A DNA stretch of 12,926 bases from Calditrichia bacterium (GTDB taxonomy: Bacteria > Calditrichota > Calditrichia > RBG-13-44-9): the NCBI GenBank assembly GCA_037381445.1, contig JARRQT010000049.1, positions 1 to 12,926 of the forward strand, written 5' to 3'. The notes under the pieces were generated by a model. The model ran no database searches. It worked only from the letters and a program-made list of their open reading frames with translations, and was not told the origin of the DNA. This document shows positions 8,525 to 12,926 of the stretch, in pieces. Both the position numbers and the translations under genes were made by a program. Position 1 is the stretch's first letter. Every line of letters begins with the position of its first letter.

Positions 8525-9660
8525 TGAATATTTCCAGCGAAGCCATAGGAAAACCGGAAAGCGGTCTGCAGTGGGAGGTGCGAGGCAATGAATTGCAATT
8601 CGCCGGAGCCCTGACTTTAGAGAATATTGAGATTGTCCATAGCCGTATCATGACGGCCTTGAGAAATGTTACCGGCAGCGAAATTTATCTGAATCTTGCA
8701 GCCGTTAATCAGATTGACAGCGCGGGTTTTGCCTTCCTGAATTCTATTTCGAGCCGACTTGAGCAATCCGGGACAAAACTCATCTGGCGGCAGATTCCGG
8801 ATGAAATCAGCGAAGCCGGAAAGACTTTTGCGCTCAGGGAGGGAGAGAGGCCAGCCGATCATAAGCCGCAGTCATTGATAGAAAATATCGGGGAAGGGGC
8901 TTACCGGTTCTTTGCTGACGGCGTCCGCAGTTTTTTCTATCTGATGGCCAACACCATGTACTGGACTTTCACCGATATGTTCAGCCACCGTCACCGGCGA
9001 AAGGGAGAGTTTGTCCGCCAGACGGTTCTCATTGGCGCGGATTCGATACCAATCATTGCGCTGATTTCATTTCTTATCGGCCTGGTTTTGGCCCTGCAAT
9101 CGGCTGCCCAGTTGCGGCAGTTCGGGGCCAATATTTTTGTGGCAGACCTGATTGTCATCAGTATGACCCGGGAGATGGGGCCCTTGTTGACCGCAATCAT
9201 GTTCGCTGGCCGTAGCGGCTCCGCTATCGCTTCTGAGATCGGCACAATGGTGGTGACCGAGGAGGTCGATGCGCTGAAGACCATGGCCATCAATCCGATC
9301 CGCTATCTGGTGGTGCCGAAAATGCATGCCATGATCTTTTCACTTCCGCTGCTGACCCTTCTGGCGGACATCGTAGGAATTCTGGGCGGAGTAGTGATCG
9401 GTTATTTTTACCTGTCGATCAGCCCCTGGGTCTTTTACAACCGCATGATTAGTGTGCTCATTTTCAGAGATTTGATGACTGGTTTTATCAAGAGCCTTAT
9501 TTTTGCCGGTTTGATTGTGATTACCGGCAGTTTTTATGGATTCCGGGTAAAAGGCGGTGCGCAGGGTGTTGGCAAAGTGACCACTGCGGCTGTGGTCACT
9601 GCTATTTTTCTGGTGATTTTGGCGGACAGTCTGCTGGGATTGTTGTTTTATTTTGATTGA
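8524..9660 (+). CDS. mlaE: MlaE-family ABC permease with N-terminal STAS (MlaB-like) domain
   Basis: STAS motif LNLAAVNQIDSAG, then MlaE motifs QLRQFGA, REMGPLLTAIMFAGRSGSAIASEIGTMVVTEEVDAL and GGAQGVGKVTTAAVV. Confidence 0.93.
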   Translation: MNISSEAIGKPESGLQWEVRGNELQFAGALTLENIEIVHSRIMTALRNVTGSEIYLNLAAVNQIDSAGFAFLNSISSRLEQSGTKLIWRQIPDEISEAGKTFALREGERPADHKPQSLIENIGEGAYRFFADGVRSFFYLMANTMYWTFTDMFSHRHRRKGEFVRQTVLIGADSIPIIALISFLIGLVLALQSAAQLRQFGANIFVADLIVISMTREMGPLLTAIMFAGRSGSAIASEIGTMVVTEEVDALKTMAINPIRYLVVPKMHAMIFSLPLLTLLADIVGILGGVVIGYFYLSISPWVFYNRMISVLIFRDLMTGFIKSLIFAGLIVITGSFYGFRVKGGAQGVGKVTTAAVVTAIFLVILADSLLGLLFYFD

Positions 9661-9701
9661 CAGAAAATAAAAGCGAAATATAATCTGGTATTTGGTGAAT
9701 C

Positions 9702-10439
9702 ATGCAGCCAATTGTTGAAGTCCAAAATCTCTCTGCGCAGTTTGATGAGCGCGTTATATTGAAAAATATAAGCTTTGATATCATGCCGAATGAGATCACC
9801 GTTATTTTGGGCAAAAGCGGCTGCGGGAAGACTACGGTGCTGAAACATCTGGTTGGATTGTATGAATTGCAGCAGGGAACGGTGCGGATTATGGATTATG
9901 ATATAAATGAAATTACTGAAGATGATTATGCGGATTTGGTTCGCAAGATGGGGGTGCTTTTCCAAAACGGAGCACTGCTGAATTCCCTGAGTGTTGCGGA
10001 GAATGTAGCTGTCCCGTTGGAACAAAACACCCTGCTCTCACCCGGTATGATTGATTATCTGGTCCGCGTCAAATTGCAGTTGGTGGAGCTTGAAGATGCC
10101 TATTCTCTTTATCCGTCGCAGTTGTCAGGAGGAATGCGTAAGCGGGTCGCGTTGGCGAGGGCCCTTGCACTGGACCCGCCGCTGCTCTTTTGCGATGAAC
10201 CTTCCGCTGGTCTCGATCCGGTGACGCTGGCCGCTCTGGATGATTTGTTTTTGAATTTAAGAAATAGCCTGGGCATTACCCTTGTCCTGGTTACTCATGA
10301 AATACCCAGTATTCGCCGCCTGGCGGATCACATCATTTTTTTGGATGACGGACAGGTGCTTTTTTCAGGCCCGCTGGATGCAGCGCTGAAAAGTGATATC
10401 CCGCAAATAGGGCATTTCTTCGAAAAAGAAATAGTATGA
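9702..10439 (+). CDS. mlaF: MlaF/Mkl-family ABC ATPase
   Basis: Walker A GKSGCGKT, Q-loop LFQNGAL, signature LSGGM, Walker B LLFCDEPSAGLDP, H-loop VTHE. Confidence 0.93.
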   Translation: MQPIVEVQNLSAQFDERVILKNISFDIMPNEITVILGKSGCGKTTVLKHLVGLYELQQGTVRIMDYDINEITEDDYADLVRKMGVLFQNGALLNSLSVAENVAVPLEQNTLLSPGMIDYLVRVKLQLVELEDAYSLYPSQLSGGMRKRVALARALALDPPLLFCDEPSAGLDPVTLAALDDLFLNLRNSLGITLVLVTHEIPSIRRLADHIIFLDDGQVLFSGPLDAALKSDIPQIGHFFEKEIV

Positions 10440-10529
10440 AAGAACTGCACAAGTGGCAAGGACGATTGCGATTCCGCCCGTTGAATAATCCGTTTTTCCG
10501 TCAAAAAGACTGGAATCCTGGATTGAGCC

Positions 10530-12053
10530 TCAGGATTCAACTGTCCGAAGTTCACGCTCGAAGCGTTTCAGGACTTCGCTCTTCCGGAAAATTCCAATGA
10601 AATCTTCGGAAGTTTTGGCGGTTAATAGCCGGTGTCTGATTTTTTCATCTTTCAGGATCATAGCCAGATTTGCCAGAATCTGCAGGTAATGCTGCCGCCG
10701 GGTTATCGGACAGACCACCGCGAAAATAAGATTTACGGGCTGGCCATCCAGGGAGTTGAAAGCAATGCCCGTTTTCTGTCTGAAAACAACGATTTTCAGG
10801 CGCTGTATTATCGATGAAAGAACATGCGGAATGGCAATGCCCCCGCCAATGGCAGTGCTCATGGTTGATTCGCGTTTCGAAAATTCATATAAAAGCCTGG
10901 TATAGTCCGACACAATTTTCTGATCAGTTAATAAGGCGCTGATTTGCCCCAAAGCTTCCTTCTTGCCGCTGGCTTTCCCATTCAACTCGATGAGCTTTGT
11001 ATCCAGTAACGGACTCACAGAAACAAACGGATAGCTGCGTTTCTTCTGGACTTCATCCAGCAAAATCAAATCTTCTTCCGCTAACTGCCGTTTTTTCTGG
11101 TAACTCTCGCTCAGAATCATCGGGGGCCGTTCAATATCATGAATGTCTGTCAGGTTCAACTCATACTCATTGAATTCATTTTTAAGAATTGACAGGAACT
11201 GGGTTCTCAGTGAATCCATTAGAACAAGTTTGCCCTGCTGTTCCGCGCGGGTTAATAATACCTGCAGAATACCGAATGACATTTTGCGAAGTGAATTCAG
11301 ATCCTGGTTGCGGTGAATCCGAACTTTCAGATCGACCTGCGCCATGCAGGAAAGACCGAACCGGTTTTCAATATCGATCAGAAGTCCCGTTTCCACGCCA
11401 TAACCCGTGAAAAAGGGGAGGCGTTCAAGTAAATCGCGGCGTCCCGCATATTCACCGGATAAAGGTTGGTGAAAGAGAGCCAACTGGGGGAATAAAACAT
11501 TAAAAAATGGTTTCACCAGAATCTCTGTGACGCGTCCGCCGCCAGTGGCAGAGATCTTATTCCCGATTTGAATGGGCCTGCGGTAGAAACCTTTCACGAA
11601 AGAGATATCCCGGTTGTAAAGCAGGGGACCGATGAGCCCGGTTACGAAATGTTCCTCCATGTTCCGGATATCCGTATCCAGCCAGAGAATTATATCTCCC
11701 TTAGCGATATAGAGACTTTTCCACAGATTCTCGCCTTTCCCCCGGAGGTTTCCCATTTCAGGCAGGATTTCATCATCCTGATATACTCTGACACCTGATT
11801 TTCGACATATTTCCTGCGTTCCATCTGTAGAACCGCTGTCGATGACCATTATTTCATCAATAAGCGGAATCCTGTCATGGAGGGCTTCTTTAAGTCTCCT
11901 GATTATCCTGCCGATTGTAAATGATTCGTTTAAGGCCGGCAGACATAAACTGATGGTGTGTTTGTCCTGCCGTTTTTGTTTGAGCAACCGGTGAATATCG
12001 GAAAATTGGCCATGAGAGAAAGTCCTTAACTTTATCCATTGATTTGGGCGCAT
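10530..12053 (-). CDS. gpgS: Glucosyl-3-phosphoglycerate synthase (GT81) fused to a C-terminal PTS EIIA (Ntr/Fru/Mtl-type) domain
   Basis: N-terminal ~310 aa: LPALNE, IDSGSTD, GKGENLWKSL, DxD (WLDTD), VKGFYRRP, GGGRVTE, QPLSGEYAGRR, GYGVETGLLID, HRNQ, ERPPM. C-terminal ~150 aa: KRESTMSTAIGGGIAIPH, F.SLDGQPVNLIF, HYLQILANLA. GGAGG RBS 7 nt upstream of the ATG. Confidence 0.9.
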   Translation of the reverse strand: MRPNQWIKLRTFSHGQFSDIHRLLKQKRQDKHTISLCLPALNESFTIGRIIRRLKEALHDRIPLIDEIMVIDSGSTDGTQEICRKSGVRVYQDDEILPEMGNLRGKGENLWKSLYIAKGDIILWLDTDIRNMEEHFVTGLIGPLLYNRDISFVKGFYRRPIQIGNKISATGGGRVTEILVKPFFNVLFPQLALFHQPLSGEYAGRRDLLERLPFFTGYGVETGLLIDIENRFGLSCMAQVDLKVRIHRNQDLNSLRKMSFGILQVLLTRAEQQGKLVLMDSLRTQFLSILKNEFNEYELNLTDIHDIERPPMILSESYQKKRQLAEEDLILLDEVQKKRSYPFVSVSPLLDTKLIELNGKASGKKEALGQISALLTDQKIVSDYTRLLYEFSKRESTMSTAIGGGIAIPHVLSSIIQRLKIVVFRQKTGIAFNSLDGQPVNLIFAVVCPITRRQHYLQILANLAMILKDEKIRHRLLTAKTSEDFIGIFRKSEVLKRFERELRTVES

Positions 12054-12374
12054 AAGGAGGCCTCCAATGTTTGGTTTAGGACTTCCTTGTTTGGATTTTC
12101 CTTATCGTCGGCGTATTGAGATTGACTGGGGTCGAAGGAGCATCTGAATCTAATATGCTAGTTTGAAACTCATAATCCACTCTCCGGGTTCCGGACAAAA
12201 AACGAAACCAGGATTTTTCTTCTCTCGCAGTTTAAATTTTAGGTTTCAGGATTTGTGATTTGCCGGTCAATTGCATCCCGGAACTATTTTATAATGCAGT
12301 AAAAAAAGACACTGATGAAAAAATGGACAATAGTTCTGAAAACAACGACAACGCAGTCTTCCCAAGAGGAATGC

Positions 12375-12402
12375 TTGTATTGCGGATAAGTGATTGTATA
12401 AT
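12375..12402 (+). promoter_or_regulatory. Candidate sigma70 promoter for the small-ORF pair
   Basis: TTGTAT (12375-12380), 16-nt spacer, perfect TATAAT (12397-12402). The AT-rich context lowers specificity. Confidence 0.4.
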
Positions 12403-12450
12403 GGTAACTTAAATATTAATCGCACTATTGTTGGAATATTGAAAAAGAGT

Positions 12451-12465
12451 TGGCATAACTATTGT
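12451..12465 (+). promoter_or_regulatory. Candidate sigma54 (-24/-12) promoter
   Basis: TGGCATAACTATTGT vs consensus TGGCACG-N4-TTGC: correct spacing, with T instead of C at -12. The implied start (~12477) lies just upstream of the RBS at 12485-12490. Confidence 0.45.
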
Positions 12466-12496
12466 AAATTCATTTAATAGAAATAAGGGGAATAAA

Positions 12497-12676
12497 ATGT
12501 TAACCACAAGAGAATCGGTTCAAAAGATTTTTGATTTTCAAAAAAATAAAGCAAGAGAATTAAAACGCCCCATAACATTTTCTGAAGCAGTTGCTTTGTG
12601 GTTTTCTCAGACGATGATTGAACAGACAAAAAATAAAAAGAAAATGAAAAAATTGACAGTTGAATCAATGATCTGA
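12497..12676 (+). CDS. Small basic hypothetical protein (59 aa), paralog of the downstream ORF
   Basis: Not in the ORF track. MLTTRESVQKIFDFQKNKARELKRPITFSEAVALWFSQTMIEQTKNKKKMKKLTVESMI. AAGGGG RBS 6 nt upstream. Ungapped similarity to the next ORF. Confidence 0.75.
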   Translation: MLTTRESVQKIFDFQKNKARELKRPITFSEAVALWFSQTMIEQTKNKKKMKKLTVESMI

Positions 12677-12686
12677 TGGAGAGGAA

Positions 12687-12872
12687 ATGAATGTGATGAA
12701 CGAGTATCAGCAAAAGCAACTGGAAGCTATTCAATCATTTTATTCCGAAATGAAGTCCAAGAGCGATGAAACTTTATCAGTGACAGAAGCAGTTATTGCG
12801 TGGTTCACAGATGGGTATGCCGAAGAATTCAGAACCAAATATTTGAAAGATCAGGTCGTATTCTCCTCCTAA
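12687..12872 (+). CDS. Small acidic hypothetical protein (61 aa), EAVxxWF motif
   Basis: GGAGAGG immediately upstream, starting 10 nt after the previous stop. Amphipathic helical pattern LSVTEAVIAWFTDGYAEEFR. Alternative start at 12696. Confidence 0.8.
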   Translation: MNVMNEYQQKQLEAIQSFYSEMKSKSDETLSVTEAVIAWFTDGYAEEFRTKYLKDQVVFSS

Positions 12873-12926
12873 AAGAGATATTCACACATTCAGGGATGAA
12901 GACAACTCCTCAAAAAAAGGCCGGGC

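Noticed and set aside
10464..10475. GATTGCGATTCC shared with 3290-3301, both intergenic
   Set aside because: A few 12-mer matches are expected by chance in 13 kb, and the similarity does not extend.
5450..11798. Remaining short track ORFs overlapping uxs, the peptidase, the mla genes and gpgS (and those at 2196-4467)
   Set aside because: They overlap well-supported genes in antisense or alternative frames and have no independent evidence.
12474..12734. 86-aa hydrophobic minus-strand ORF
   Set aside because: It is antisense to the two RBS-bearing paralogous small ORFs. Its Phe/Leu richness simply mirrors their A-rich codons.
12912..12926. A-tract followed by GGCCGGGC at the window edge
   Set aside because: Could be the first arm of a terminator hairpin, but the rest is outside the window.

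Overview
Bacterial chromosomal window with no mobile element, CRISPR array or rRNA/tRNA that I can see. Left block on the minus strand: a secreted M1-family zinc aminopeptidase (runs off the window and is missing from the ORF track), a TPR protein, a DUF355 'adenosine-specific kinase'-family protein and an NDP-sugar nucleotidyltransferase. Plus strand: a UDP-glucuronate decarboxylase, a P1/S58 peptidase with the NylC-type Asn-Thr site, and an MCE/Mla-type ABC operon (MlaD, a PqiC-like auxiliary protein apparently lacking its N-terminus, STAS-MlaE, MlaF). The right end is the most unusual part. It holds a glucosyl-3-phosphoglycerate synthase (GT81) fused to a PTS EIIA domain with an intact phospho-acceptor His. 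Divergent from it is a tandem pair of ~60-aa paralogous microproteins, one basic (absent from the ORF track) and one acidic, behind a sigma54-like element. Family calls come from motif recognition only; no searches were run, so novelty is unverified.
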